Shown here: in pieces, positions 39,716 to 48,785 of the stretch | Position numbering within the stretch: position 1 is the stretch's first letter | Layout of the letters: each line of letters begins with the position of its first letter | NCBI GenBank assembly: GCA_964410585.1 | Contig: CAYPFW010000001.1 | Span: 288,001-352,000, forward strand | Source of the DNA: an uncultured archaeon | GTDB lineage: Archaea; Aenigmatarchaeota; Aenigmatarchaeia; QMZP01; JACQNV01 | Length of the DNA stretch: 64,000 bases | Direction of reading: 5' to 3' | The notes under the pieces: generated by a model | What the model was told of the DNA's origin: nothing | What the model saw: only the letters and a program-made list of their open reading frames with translations | Database searches by the model: none | Position numbers and translations under genes: made by a program

Positions 39716-40120
39716 ATGGGATGTTTGTTTTGCAGTTGGCTGGAAAAGAGGCACCAAATTCTTTGGGAAGATGAAAATGTAGTTGTGTTTGTAGCTGACT
39801 TGGCTTATACAAAAGGCCACCTTTTAGTTTGTTCGAAAAAACATTATGAGAGCATATACGATGCGCCTGAAAATTTGAGAAAAAATATTTTTGATACTTG
39901 TTTGAAAATGGGGAAGACACTTCAAAATAAATTAGGAGTAAAAGGATATACTCTTGGGCTAAATGAAAAATTGTATATTGTTCAACCGGAGAAAAAAACG
40001 CATGTTAAACACATACACATGCATGTCATACCAAGATCCGGAGAAAAAATTTCTTTTGAGGAAAGGGTTAATTTGACAAACGAAGAAGTAAATGAACTTA
40101 TTAGAATTTTAAGAGACTAA
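39716..40120 (+). CDS. HIT family protein
   Basis: CLFC, GHLLV, HIHMHVIPR. Confidence 0.92.
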   Translation: MGCLFCSWLEKRHQILWEDENVVVFVADLAYTKGHLLVCSKKHYESIYDAPENLRKNIFDTCLKMGKTLQNKLGVKGYTLGLNEKLYIVQPEKKTHVKHIHMHVIPRSGEKISFEERVNLTNEEVNELIRILRD

Positions 40121-40475
40121 TAACCTGATTTGGCATTGCATCTATTGCTTGCTTTGATAAAAAATCCTCTAGCTTTGTTTTTTCAACCCAAGAAAAATCT
40201 TTGAATTCTTTTGGTAGAATTGGATCATCTGATTTTGGGTAAAATTCATAGAAATATATTGTTGAATTTGGGAGAATTATGAGATCTATGAAGTCTTTTA
40301 GCTCCAGATCAAGTCCAAATTTTTGCCCTATTTTTTGCAGACCTGCTGCTTCTGGCTCTTCACTTTCGACAACTTCACATGTCGGAAACTGCCAGACTGT
40401 TCTAAAACCATCTTTTTTGCTTATCAAAAGAGTTTTATTATTTTTTCTAATCAAGGCTACTATACCTCTTTTCAT
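40101..40475 (-). CDS. Degenerate NUDIX-fold protein
   Basis: WQFPTCEVVESEEPEAAG; Nudix box eroded. Confidence 0.65.
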   Translation of the reverse strand: MKRGIVALIRKNNKTLLISKKDGFRTVWQFPTCEVVESEEPEAAGLQKIGQKFGLDLELKDFIDLIILPNSTIYFYEFYPKSDDPILPKEFKDFSWVEKTKLEDFLSKQAIDAMPNQVISLLKF

Positions 40476-40555
40476 GGTTTAATATTGTTTTTAAATTTTA
40501 TATTTCTGATCTTATCCAAATTTTAAATTTTTTTCTTTAGTAAAGTGTTTTTGTA

Positions 40556-40640
40556 AATAGCCTCTTTTGGGTACTGTAGACTTTTCTCAGATTTCGGCCT
40601 TATAACATAAGGTCCTTTCATTTTAAGAAAGGGCTAGACT
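40556..40640 (-). repeat. R2 module with an insert in the hairpin loop
   Basis: Plus strand TTTTGGGTACTGTAGACTTTTCT...AAGAAAGGGCTAG; compare 28976-29021. Confidence 0.75.
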
Positions 40641-40711
40641 TTCATCTAGAAGAAGAAAAAATAGAAATAGATTTTTGTAATTGTTATGTATATCTCTTGA
40701 AAGATATAGCT

Positions 40712-40939
40712 TTAAACAGAATTAAGAGCTTTTACAACAAAGCCTAGCATTTCTTTATCTGTTGGTATTGCTATAGACTTTTTGAATCTTTTTGTTCCAT
40801 CTGGCAAGAAAAACCCTCTTGATAAAGAGATGAATTCATTTTCACCGTCTTCTGTTTTTGCTTTCTTTCTTGCTATTTCGATGAAGTTGTTTTTTCCGAA
40901 TTTTAGTTCTTCGGCTTTTACTGTTTCGAATTCTACCAT
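40712..40939 (-). CDS. Small hypothetical protein (possibly PC4/Pur-like ssDNA-binding fold)
   Basis: 75 aa with SD GGAGG; FISLSRGFF..DG..RFKKSIAIP pattern. Confidence 0.75.
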   Translation of the reverse strand: MVEFETVKAEELKFGKNNFIEIARKKAKTEDGENEFISLSRGFFLPDGTKRFKKSIAIPTDKEMLGFVVKALNSV

Positions 40940-41050
40940 ATTTGTTTCCTCCGTTTAGCTTTCCTTTTTTGTATCGGTTTTTGGTCGATACGGAAGCTTG
41001 CGTAAAGAGAAATAGTATACGGGCTATATAAAGGTTTATCGACCGGAAAA

Positions 41051-42346
41051 TTAAAATCTAATTAACGGGAAAACAAAATTTGCGATTATCAAAAGCAAGG
41101 TTAAATAGGAAATACCTGTTATCAAATCTTTTGCTCTTTTTGGGTGGATTTTTTTGAACAAAACATCCCACATTCTGCCGCCATCTAGCGGTTTTATTGG
41201 CATCATGTTTGCCAAACCAACTCCCAGATTGATCAGGAAGAGGAAGAAAATTAAACCGTGAACAAATCCAATTGCAGGCGCATATGGTGCAGATGCCTGC
41301 GTATATTCTTTAACTTCAAACAGGCCTGAAATTCCTATAAAGCCAGCCTCTGGTATGTCTGGATTTCCAACTGTTTTCACTGTGTAGGATTTTTCTTGTC
41401 CTCTATCTGTTAAAACAATTAGAGGGCTTGGATCAAAATAATTGTTCAGGTTTAGGAAACCTATTGGACTCGATGAAATTTTATCAAAAACCCTCTCAGA
41501 AAAAACAGCTTGTGGATGGAAAGATGCGTTTGGTGTTATTGTTTTGACGATTATCTCCTTTTCAGGGCCAATTTGTTTTAAGGCACTTGATAGATCATCC
41601 AAACTTTTTATTGTATATTCTTGGCCGGCTGATATTGATGTGATCACACCTGTCATGTTTACTGATTGCGCTGGATAATCTTTTATCACAGATTGGAAAG
41701 AGACACCTGAAGAAGAAAATACGCCTGAAAAGGCAAAGGTTGCTATTAATACACATAGGAAAGCGACGAAAAAGTTTGCAAGCGAGCCAACTGCAAATAT
41801 GTGCATTTGTGTCATTGTTTTTCTTTTTTGCAGTTGTTTTTCATCTGGCTCAACAAAAGCTAAGGGAATGACTAGGAACAGACCCCAGCCCAAGGATTTT
41901 ATTTTGATTTTGTGTGCAGCTGAGAGGATGCCATGCATGCCTTCATGGACAACAACAAGCAGACCTATAGCGATTATCCAATACCAAAATGGAACAGCTA
42001 AGACGCCTGGAGCAGTTGAAACTGTTTGAAATGGAGAAGGTAGGACCAAGGACAAGCCTGAAGGGCCGCCAACAGAAGCTACCCTAACTAAATTTTGGAT
42101 AAGTGTAATGAAAACGAAAACAGATGCATAGAAGCCTGCTGCAACGCCTAGATAACCGACACCTTTCCAGAATTTGGGATGAGAACTTCCTATTTTTTCA
42201 ACTGTTCTTTTTCCCTTTTGCGTGCGCCTTAGCAGAACAATAAATTCTCTTTTGAAATTTTTCCAGTCGATTATAACATAACCGGCTACCAAAACTATGA
42301 AAACTAGAACAGAGAGTATGTAAACAAAATCCCAGTCAATAGGCAT
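41051..42346 (-). CDS. Site-2 protease (M50 family)
   Basis: HEGMH, AFVEPDE, NMMPIKPLDGG. Confidence 0.93.
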   Translation of the reverse strand: MPIDWDFVYILSVLVFIVLVAGYVIIDWKNFKREFIVLLRRTQKGKRTVEKIGSSHPKFWKGVGYLGVAAGFYASVFVFITLIQNLVRVASVGGPSGLSLVLPSPFQTVSTAPGVLAVPFWYWIIAIGLLVVVHEGMHGILSAAHKIKIKSLGWGLFLVIPLAFVEPDEKQLQKRKTMTQMHIFAVGSLANFFVAFLCVLIATFAFSGVFSSSGVSFQSVIKDYPAQSVNMTGVITSISAGQEYTIKSLDDLSSALKQIGPEKEIIVKTITPNASFHPQAVFSERVFDKISSSPIGFLNLNNYFDPSPLIVLTDRGQEKSYTVKTVGNPDIPEAGFIGISGLFEVKEYTQASAPYAPAIGFVHGLIFFLFLINLGVGLANMMPIKPLDGGRMWDVLFKKIHPKRAKDLITGISYLTLLLIIANFVFPLIRF

Positions 42347-42544
42347 ATAGGTTAATAGGCAAAAGACATTTAATAAGGTTTGTTTTTTTGATGGTGTGTG
42401 CCTTTATATAACACTGTTATATTTTACTGCTCAAACCTCTTAGAATTTTATTTATATATCCTAAAATCAATTAATTCGATTAAGTTTTTAATGTTTTGGG
42501 AGGTAAAAAATACTGCTTTTTTAGTGGCGGTGTTTATCGATTAT

Positions 42545-43063
42545 ATGACAGACGAAACTACTCAATCAAATGAGCAATTGGATTTGGAAGGTATGACAGT
42601 TGAAGAAAAAATAGAACCTTCTCAAGATACAGAACCATCAGGAGAAGCACCTGAACCAACTGAGCAGAGCTCTGAAGCTCCAGTAGCAGAAGAAGAGGAA
42701 GATGAAAATTTAGATGAAGTAGAAAAACTTCCATTCCCAACAGCAGCTGTTGTTAGATTGATGAAAGCCCACATGGACGGCGACAAAATGATCAAGAAGG
42801 ATGTCAAAGTTGCAATGAACAAATGGCTTGGCGCAATGTGTGCACGCGTTGCAAGGGAAATGAACAAATTCCCATATGTTATGATGCACAGGCATGAGTT
42901 CGAGCATGCTAAAAGGCAGTTTGAAGATTTGGAAAACTTCGAACACGAAAAGCAAAGGATTCTGGCTCATTTAGAAGCAATCAAACAAGATATCAAAAGG
43001 CTTGAAAGAGACTTAGGCAAAAAAGAAGAAGAACATGAAATAAGGTTGGACAAAAACGATTAG
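42545..43063 (+). CDS. Histone-fold (NF-YB/CBF-like) protein with an acidic N-tail and coiled-coil C-terminus
   Basis: LPFPTAAVVRLMK...MIKKDVK histone-fold pattern. Confidence 0.7.
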   Translation: MTDETTQSNEQLDLEGMTVEEKIEPSQDTEPSGEAPEPTEQSSEAPVAEEEEDENLDEVEKLPFPTAAVVRLMKAHMDGDKMIKKDVKVAMNKWLGAMCARVAREMNKFPYVMMHRHEFEHAKRQFEDLENFEHEKQRILAHLEAIKQDIKRLERDLGKKEEEHEIRLDKND

Positions 43064-43309
43064 GATTTTAGCAGCTACCAATCTTCTTTTGGATTTCCTA
43101 TCACAGTATATTGGTTTTCTAGGTAAACCCTTTCAATAATGTCAAGAGTAAATATTTTAGTTTTACCACCAAATTATTTTTACAACATTCTAAATCAGTT
43201 CCAAGCACATTCATAAATATATATTACTATACATCTTAATTTACCATACGCCGACATCCGCACCGAGCCGTGTGCCGTAACATATACGTGCTGATTCGTC
43301 GTATAATTT

Positions 43310-43600
43310 GCCTCCGTGGCTCAACGGCAGAGCGTCTGACTTGTATCTGATATTCTGAGGGAAAGTCAATAGAAGCAGGTACTATCTGCTTCCAGCTGCT
43401 ATCTCGATGATCAGAAAGATATCAGAAGGTTGTGGGTTCAATACTACCCCTTTTCTTAGAAAGAAAAGGTGTAAGGTATCCCAAAAGAACTATCATACAA
43501 TGGAAGCCGTAAAATTTTCGAGCTAGCAAGCGAAGAAAATTTAGGCTCCGTTTTTGATCAACCTTTTGGGTAAAAGGTTGGGAAAATCCCATCGGGGGCT
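43310..43600 (+). tRNA. tRNA-Thr(TGT) with two introns: 37/38 (43346-43420, 75 nt) and T-loop about 59/60 (43443-43586, 144 nt)
   Basis: Acceptor GCCTCCG/CGGGGGC + T73; anticodon stem TCTGA/TCAGA; T-stem GTGGG/CCCAT; relaxed BHBs CTTG-TA^T / AAAG-AT^A and TTCA-AT^A / GGAA-AA^T; 72-nt mature product. Confidence 0.87.
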
Positions 43601-43613
43601 TATTTTATTTTTT

Positions 43614-44264
43614 ATGAAATTTGCAGTTATTTTTGACATGGATGGTGTTCTTGTTGATTCTAATAAATTAGTACTCGATTCTTTCAACAAGCTGCTCGAA
43701 CCGCACGGTATTTCAATAGATGAAAACAAGTTCAAAGAATATTTGGGAATAACTGCAAAGGGTCTTGTCGAAAAATGGAAAAGAGAACACAATGTTGTTT
43801 TTGATGAGAATTTCATCAAGGACCAAACAACAAACCTCCATGTTGCTTCTCTCAAAGATAACAGGATCGATGTACACTTGTTTCGGTTTTTAACAGAGCT
43901 CAAAGAAAACAAAATTCCAGTTGGCCTTGGCACATCTTCGCCTAGAAAAAGGGCTGAACAAATCCTGGATATTTTAGGAGTAAGAAAATTTTTTTCATCT
44001 ATTGTGACAGGGGATGAAGTTCAAGAACACAAACCAAATCCAGAGATTTTCCTTAAAGTTGCAAAGGAATTAAAAACTCCTCCAGAAAGCTGCGTTGTAA
44101 TTGAAGATGCTGCTAATGGTATAGAAGCGGCAAAAAGAGGTGGAATGAAAGCCATTGGATATTTAACAAATTATCACACAAAAGAAGAATTAAAAAAAGC
44201 AGATTTTATTTTGGACAATTTTTCTGAATTGAATTTGGAAAAAGTTAAAAAATTATTCAATTGA
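43614..44264 (+). CDS. HAD family phosphatase (beta-PGM-like)
   Basis: FDMDGVLVD, KPNPEIF, VIEDAANG. Confidence 0.92.
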   Translation: MKFAVIFDMDGVLVDSNKLVLDSFNKLLEPHGISIDENKFKEYLGITAKGLVEKWKREHNVVFDENFIKDQTTNLHVASLKDNRIDVHLFRFLTELKENKIPVGLGTSSPRKRAEQILDILGVRKFFSSIVTGDEVQEHKPNPEIFLKVAKELKTPPESCVVIEDAANGIEAAKRGGMKAIGYLTNYHTKEELKKADFILDNFSELNLEKVKKLFN

Positions 44265-44296
44265 ATGTTTTTATACAGCCTCATCCAAAAATAAGT

Positions 44297-44743
44297 ATGG
44301 CTATAGAACTTGTTTTGAATGACATTATTTTGAGGCTTGCAATTGCAGCAATTTTTGGCGCACTTGTTGGTTTAGAAAGAGAACTAAGAGGCATTTCAGC
44401 TGGTCTAAAGACGCATGCTCTTGTTTGTTTTGGTGCTTGTTTATTTACAATAGTGTCCCTACAGTTTAGCGTTTTGGATGAAAGGGTTGACATCGCTAGA
44501 ATAGCAGCAGGTGTTGTTACAGGTATTGGTTTCTTGGGTGCGGGTGCAATATTTTTTGATAGGAGAGGTATACATGGATTGACTACAGCTGCCAATATTT
44601 GGGCAGTTGCCGCACTTGGTTTAATTGTTGGTTTAGGACAGTATGAAATAGCACTAAGCGCAGCTATAATTATTTACATTATCCTTGTATTTGGCGCTTT
44701 GGTTGAGAGGAAACTTATCAAGAAGTCTGGAAGAAAGAGATAG
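44297..44743 (+). CDS. MgtC/SapB family membrane protein
   Basis: GLERE, AGLKTH, RIAAGVVTGIGFLGAG, GLTTAA. Confidence 0.93.
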   Translation: MAIELVLNDIILRLAIAAIFGALVGLERELRGISAGLKTHALVCFGACLFTIVSLQFSVLDERVDIARIAAGVVTGIGFLGAGAIFFDRRGIHGLTTAANIWAVAALGLIVGLGQYEIALSAAIIIYIILVFGALVERKLIKKSGRKR

Positions 44744-44802
44744 TTTCAACTATTTAAATTAGCTTATTAAAACTCATTCTATTCACTATAACGGAGCTCT
44801 AT

Positions 44803-45852
44803 ATGTCAGAATTAGATATAAAAATTATTGGTGCTGGACCGGCGGGCTTGGTTGCTGGTTTGAAATTTTTAGAAGCTGGTTTTTATCCTACAATAATCGA
44901 GAAACAACAAGTAATAGTTTCCACGCTTTGCGGCGAAGGCCTATCACACGACACAATTTCTAGAGTCCCTTTCAAAGATTGGTCAGAATATGCGCCCTCT
45001 ACATTTGATTATGCAACTTTTATTTTTCCAAACGGGACAAAATCATATGTGAAAAAGAAATGTCACACAATGGATAGAACTTCTTGGTTTCGAGCAATGG
45101 CAAAAGAATTTGAAAAAAGAGGAGGCCATTTACAACTGGGAACAAAAGTAAATGATGTGAAGGATTTGAAATATGATTTATTGATTGGAGCGGATGGTCC
45201 ACTGTCTACTGTTTCAAAATATGTCGGCAACAAATCTGCTAATATGACTGGAGTGCAGACTAGGTTGAAGCTTGACTACAAACACGACGGGATGGAGTTT
45301 TTCATTGACAAAAGATTTTCTCAGGAATATTCTTGGGTTTTTGCAAAAGGTGGAATTTTTAATGTTGGTGTTTTGGGTGATATGAAACAGCTTGATGCTT
45401 TTGTAAAACATATGGGATTTGAAAAGGCTGAAGTTGTTGACAGGCTTGGATACAACATTCCATTTTTTGGGACAAAAGTGCAGAGGGATAATGTGATTTT
45501 GACAGGCGATGCAGCTGGGATAACAAACCCTTTGACAAAAGGCGGCATGGCTGCTGCTATTTTCGCAGCTGAGATAATTGTTGACTGTGTGAAAGAGGGG
45601 AAAATAAATGAATATGAAAGTAGGATAATGAACCATCCTATCATGTCGCCTGTTTACAAAGATGCTTTACAATACTACAGGGAATTGACAAACGAAGAAT
45701 TGAACAAAGTTGGGAATTTGGTAAACGGCATGGACTTAACCAACTTGAGCAAACTATTCAAAGCAAAGCTTCTGTTAGCTGGTTTGCTAAAACCAAAGAA
45801 ATTGAAAACAATAATGAAGGCATCGAGTTTGGCCAATAAATATAGTTGGTGA
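44803..45852 (+). CDS. Geranylgeranyl reductase-family FAD oxidoreductase
   Basis: IIGAGPAG, CGEG, IGADG, YSWVF, GDAAG..NP...GG. Confidence 0.88.
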   Translation: MSELDIKIIGAGPAGLVAGLKFLEAGFYPTIIEKQQVIVSTLCGEGLSHDTISRVPFKDWSEYAPSTFDYATFIFPNGTKSYVKKKCHTMDRTSWFRAMAKEFEKRGGHLQLGTKVNDVKDLKYDLLIGADGPLSTVSKYVGNKSANMTGVQTRLKLDYKHDGMEFFIDKRFSQEYSWVFAKGGIFNVGVLGDMKQLDAFVKHMGFEKAEVVDRLGYNIPFFGTKVQRDNVILTGDAAGITNPLTKGGMAAAIFAAEIIVDCVKEGKINEYESRIMNHPIMSPVYKDALQYYRELTNEELNKVGNLVNGMDLTNLSKLFKAKLLLAGLLKPKKLKTIMKASSLANKYSW

Positions 45853-45855
45853 AGC

Positions 45856-46086
45856 ATGAAATTAATTTATTCTAAACATTGGACACTAAAAAGAAAATAT
45901 AGAAGCGATATAACTGACGAGTTAATAATTTACGCAATCGAAAATTCAGTAGAACTCAGAGATGAAAATTGGTCAGATGCTTTTAATGCTATAACTAAAG
46001 TTCCTCCAAGCGGGAGAATAGTCAAGGTTGTATATAAAAAGCTCGAAAACAAAATTAAAATAATAACTGCATTTTGGCTCGATTAG
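45856..46086 (+). CDS. Putative toxin (DUF4258/RelE-like RNase fold)
   Basis: YSKH...VKVVY...KIITAF; directly upstream of a DUF2283-like gene. Confidence 0.75.
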   Translation: MKLIYSKHWTLKRKYRSDITDELIIYAIENSVELRDENWSDAFNAITKVPPSGRIVKVVYKKLENKIKIITAFWLD

Positions 46087-46094
46087 GTGATTTT

Positions 46095-46310
46095 ATGGAA
46101 ACTTGGTACGATAAAGAAGATGACATTTTGAACATACAAATGAAAGACAAAGAGTATTGGAAAAGTGTGGAATTGCCAAATGGTGTGGTAATAGATGTAG
46201 CTAAAGATGGTTCTATAATTGGGGTAGAAATATTGAGAGCAAGTAAGGTTTTTTCTGGAGATGTTAAAACAGTTATTGAGCACGCAAAATTAGCTTCTTT
46301 GAAAAATTGA
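46095..46310 (+). CDS. DUF2283 family putative antitoxin
   Basis: WYDKEDDILNI...VIDVAKDGSIIGVEILRASK; SD AGGTGA. Confidence 0.85.
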   Translation: METWYDKEDDILNIQMKDKEYWKSVELPNGVVIDVAKDGSIIGVEILRASKVFSGDVKTVIEHAKLASLKN

Positions 46311-46333
46311 GAATAAGTTTTAAAAGACCTTTC

Positions 46334-46693
46334 TCAGAAGTCTTCTTTTTTTAACTTTCTACTATCTTCGTATGCTTTGAACATATCTTCTAAGTCTTCT
46401 TTTGCCTCCTCCTCAGATGGGAGGTTTGACCTATAGACTTTACATGAAGCAAAGTGAAAACTTTCTGCTCCTCGCAAACGTGCTACAGCTGACTCATCTA
46501 CAGCAAGCAGTGTATCATCTGGTAAACCTCTAGAATCCCTTCTTGCATAAAGAACACCTATCTGTTTTTCTCCCTCAAAAACTCTGTAAGTTTCAACGCC
46601 GTTTGACGATTTTGTGATATTCAATCCACTCTCGGCTAGCCTATGCAAAACCAAATCCTTCATATCACCAAACCCAAAAGCCCAGTATGCCAT
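46334..46693 (-). CDS. Hypothetical protein
   Basis: 119 aa ORF with SD GAGG. Confidence 0.65.
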   Translation of the reverse strand: MAYWAFGFGDMKDLVLHRLAESGLNITKSSNGVETYRVFEGEKQIGVLYARRDSRGLPDDTLLAVDESAVARLRGAESFHFASCKVYRSNLPSEEEAKEDLEDMFKAYEDSRKLKKEDF

Positions 46694-46694
46694 A

Positions 46695-46853
46695 TTAATC
46701 CTCTAATCTCTTCCTATTTTTTAGAGCTGACAAAAGCTCAGTTTCGTCGTTTTTGAAGCCGAAATCTTCCTCTGACTCTTGGAGGTCTTCAGAATAGTCT
46801 TCTTCTATCCTATCTACTATTCTCTCACTCAATTTCTTTTTTTCTTTTTTCAT
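46695..46853 (-). CDS. Small acidic hypothetical protein (52 aa), not in the ORF track
   Basis: MKKEKKKLSERIVDRIEEDYSEDLQESEEDFGFKNDETELLSALKNRKRLED; stop 1 nt before the next ATG. Confidence 0.55.
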   Translation of the reverse strand: MKKEKKKLSERIVDRIEEDYSEDLQESEEDFGFKNDETELLSALKNRKRLED

Positions 46854-46862
46854 ATTTCAACA

Positions 46863-46913
46863 CTAGTTCTTTTTGGATACGGTAGACTTTTTCTTTCTAA
46901 GAAAAAGGCTAGC
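46863..46913 (-). repeat. R2 module in a 5' leader
   Basis: CTAGCCTTTTTCTTAGAAAGAAAAAGTCTACCGTATCCAAAAAGAACTAG. Confidence 0.9.
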
Positions 46914-47127
46914 TTTTCTTTCATAATTATCATATTTTTAACTATTTACAAGTTATAAATGATGCAAAGCTTTATAAATACATACCCTATATAACTAAAT
47001 AACTACTTTAGTGTAGTTATTTGCAATGGATGAATGAACTGCGTCTTACATTTTAAACACCGCAGGGATGCCTAACAAATTACAACGGGCATTGATTCCA
47101 TTGCAATCATATTTAGAGGTGATCTAT

Positions 47128-47349
47128 ATGGCAGATTATAGAGGAACAATAAGAGATCTTGGAAAACAATTAGCAGGACTTGCTAATGGAGATAAGGAAG
47201 TTGTAGGCTTGAGTTTGGGTAGAGGTGTAACTTCTGAAATAAGGAGAGACGGTTCTGAAATTCTATATGTAAATGGAAGACCAGTAGTTTATACTCCAGC
47301 TCCTAAATCAAGATGGGTAATCCCAGACAAACCAGAAAGGCAAGTCTAA
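47128..47349 (+). CDS. Hypothetical protein
   Basis: 73 aa with strong SD GAGGTGA. Confidence 0.7.
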   Translation: MADYRGTIRDLGKQLAGLANGDKEVVGLSLGRGVTSEIRRDGSEILYVNGRPVVYTPAPKSRWVIPDKPERQV

Positions 47350-47351
47350 AA

Positions 47352-47560
47352 CCTCCGCGATATCGGAAATCGAAACAGATCCTAGACAATTGTTTACGAT
47401 CTGTTTCCAGCTGCTCTCGCGGCTTCACTCAATCATAGTGCTTGTTCGGGTAAAACCGAACGCACGATTTCTAGCCCGTTAAGGGCAAAGAGATCACCCC
47501 CTATAAAGGAGAGGTAGTAGCGGGCCGATTGCCTCCGCCTGCTATGAACCCTCCTTTCTT
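47352..47560. ncRNA. GC-rich multi-hairpin segment containing an R3 module; candidate structured RNA
   Basis: Stems CCGCGA/TCGCGG enclosing R3, GTTCGG/CCGAAC, GCCC/GGGC, TAGCGGGC/GCCTGCTA, AAGGAG/CTCCTT; no ORF. Confidence 0.45.
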
Positions 47561-47562
47561 AA

Positions 47563-47663
47563 TTCCTTTCTTTCAAAAAGAAAGGTCTTAAGGAACTCCA
47601 AAGAAACGGCATTGAAATTCCGTTGATTAAAGAAAAGGAGTAAGGTATCCCAAAGAAACTACA
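47563..47663 (+). repeat. Two R2 modules (second partial)
   Basis: CCTTTCTTTCAAAAAGAAAGGTCTTAAGG...CCAAAGAAAC; AAGAAAAGGAGTAAGGTATCCCAAAGAAACTA nearly matches 43461-43492. Confidence 0.85.
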
Positions 47664-47692
47664 ATTCAAATTCAGTTGATGAGGAGGAAATT

Positions 47693-47827
47693 ATGACAAT
47701 AACATTTGAAGATTGGAGAAAAAAGGTTTTGGTTGATGTTGAAAAAGGTGCACAAGATTTGCAAACTTATTTAGAAGGTGTAAAAGCAGACAAATCAAAA
47801 GACTATTTGAAAAGATACAAGAGGTAG
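47693..47827 (+). CDS. Small hypothetical protein (44 aa), not in the ORF track
   Basis: MTITFEDWRKKVLVDVEKGAQDLQTYLEGVKADKSKDYLKRYKR; SD GAGGAGG. Confidence 0.6.
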   Translation: MTITFEDWRKKVLVDVEKGAQDLQTYLEGVKADKSKDYLKRYKR

Positions 47828-47830
47828 TCT

Positions 47831-48067
47831 ATGGAATTCTATATTCTTATCCCGTTTTTTCAACCCACTGTAAATCCTAATTCCATTCATCCAAATCCCG
47901 AACTAACAAATCCGGCATACATAGGTGATGAGCCTGATAAAATATTATCAAATATCAGGCAAAGACGTTTTGAATCCCGGGATTCTAAGAGGCTTAGAAG
48001 AACACAATACCGTTCACTTTTAGCTGAATTCAACCCAGAAGTCTATGAATTCAACAAAAGGAATTAA
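47831..48067 (+). CDS. Hypothetical protein
   Basis: 78 aa with SD GAGGT, in a tightly packed run of genes. Confidence 0.6.
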   Translation: MEFYILIPFFQPTVNPNSIHPNPELTNPAYIGDEPDKILSNIRQRRFESRDSKRLRRTQYRSLLAEFNPEVYEFNKRN

Positions 48068-48084
48068 AAGCTTGAAATTAAATT

Positions 48085-48360
48085 TTGCATCTTATGTTAT
48101 ACGCACATCCAGATTCAGCGGGGAAGACAATAAGAGGACTAGATTTTCTTAATCGAATGCAGACGAGAGCTGTTTCTTTTGATTACATGAGCCGGCAGGA
48201 AAGGACCGCAATTAGGAAAGCACAAACGTTTTTGGGAGATATGGATTTTGATGAATACAGGCAACTTGAACTTGAGTTTGCAAATCCAAACCTAGAGGGT
48301 AAAAGTGTGGATTATTTAATAATGATTCCTGTTATTAGGGATTTTGTGAGGAGAAATTGA
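48085..48360 (+). CDS. Hypothetical protein
   Basis: 91 aa in the same run; start uncertain. Confidence 0.55.
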   Translation: MHLMLYAHPDSAGKTIRGLDFLNRMQTRAVSFDYMSRQERTAIRKAQTFLGDMDFDEYRQLELEFANPNLEGKSVDYLIMIPVIRDFVRRN

Positions 48361-48363
48361 GAT

Positions 48364-48782
48364 ATGGTAAATGTTTTGATTGTCGATGATAATACACTTG
48401 CTTTGAAACCAATACAGCTTTTGTTACCAAGATATCTTGAAGAAGAAGGAATTCCTGTTGATGCCCGATTATATGGTTCTGCTAGAGAGGCTGAAAATCA
48501 CATTGGTTGGACAGATGTTGCTGTCATCGATGGTGAATTATTTGATGCAAACGGGGGGGGCATGTAGATGGTTATGCTTTTGCTGAAAGAATTAAGAGGG
48601 AAAATCCAGCTGCTTACACTGTTATTTTCTCAGGTGGAGAGGTTATTGGGGGAAGAAAAGAAGGAAGGTTCGATGAGTTTTTATCGAAATTTGAGTTGGT
48701 AGGCGTTGACATGGCACAATCACGATTGGCAGATATTATACGTTCGTATCACAGACGTCAGAAACCAACTGAAGGAGAATAA
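48364..48782 (+). pseudogene. Single-domain response regulator frameshifted at a G8 tract (48553-48560)
   Basis: MVNVLIVDD...AVIDGEL stops at 48567; another frame continues HVDGYAFAERIKRENPAAYTVIFSG...FDEFLSK to TAA 48782. Confidence 0.8.
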
Positions 48783-48785
48783 ATT

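Noticed and set aside
41400-41550. Apparent extra segment in the M50 protease bounded by AAAACAAT/ATTGTTTT as an in-frame mRNA intron
   Set aside because: No BHB geometry and no repeat similarity; more simply a variable extracellular loop.
43541-43613. N-terminal extension of the HAD ORF from 43554
   Set aside because: Overlaps the tRNA-Thr intron and 3' exon; the domain starts at ATG 43614.
47352-47560. SRP RNA or RNase P RNA
   Set aside because: No SRP helix-8 GGAA/AGCAG motif or RNase P GAGGAAAGUCC motif found on either strand by eye.
12166-47663. Dispersed repeats as a CRISPR array or plain terminators
   Set aside because: Not regularly spaced, no cas genes; they also occur in 5' leaders, inside operons and inside a tRNA, where termination would be harmful.
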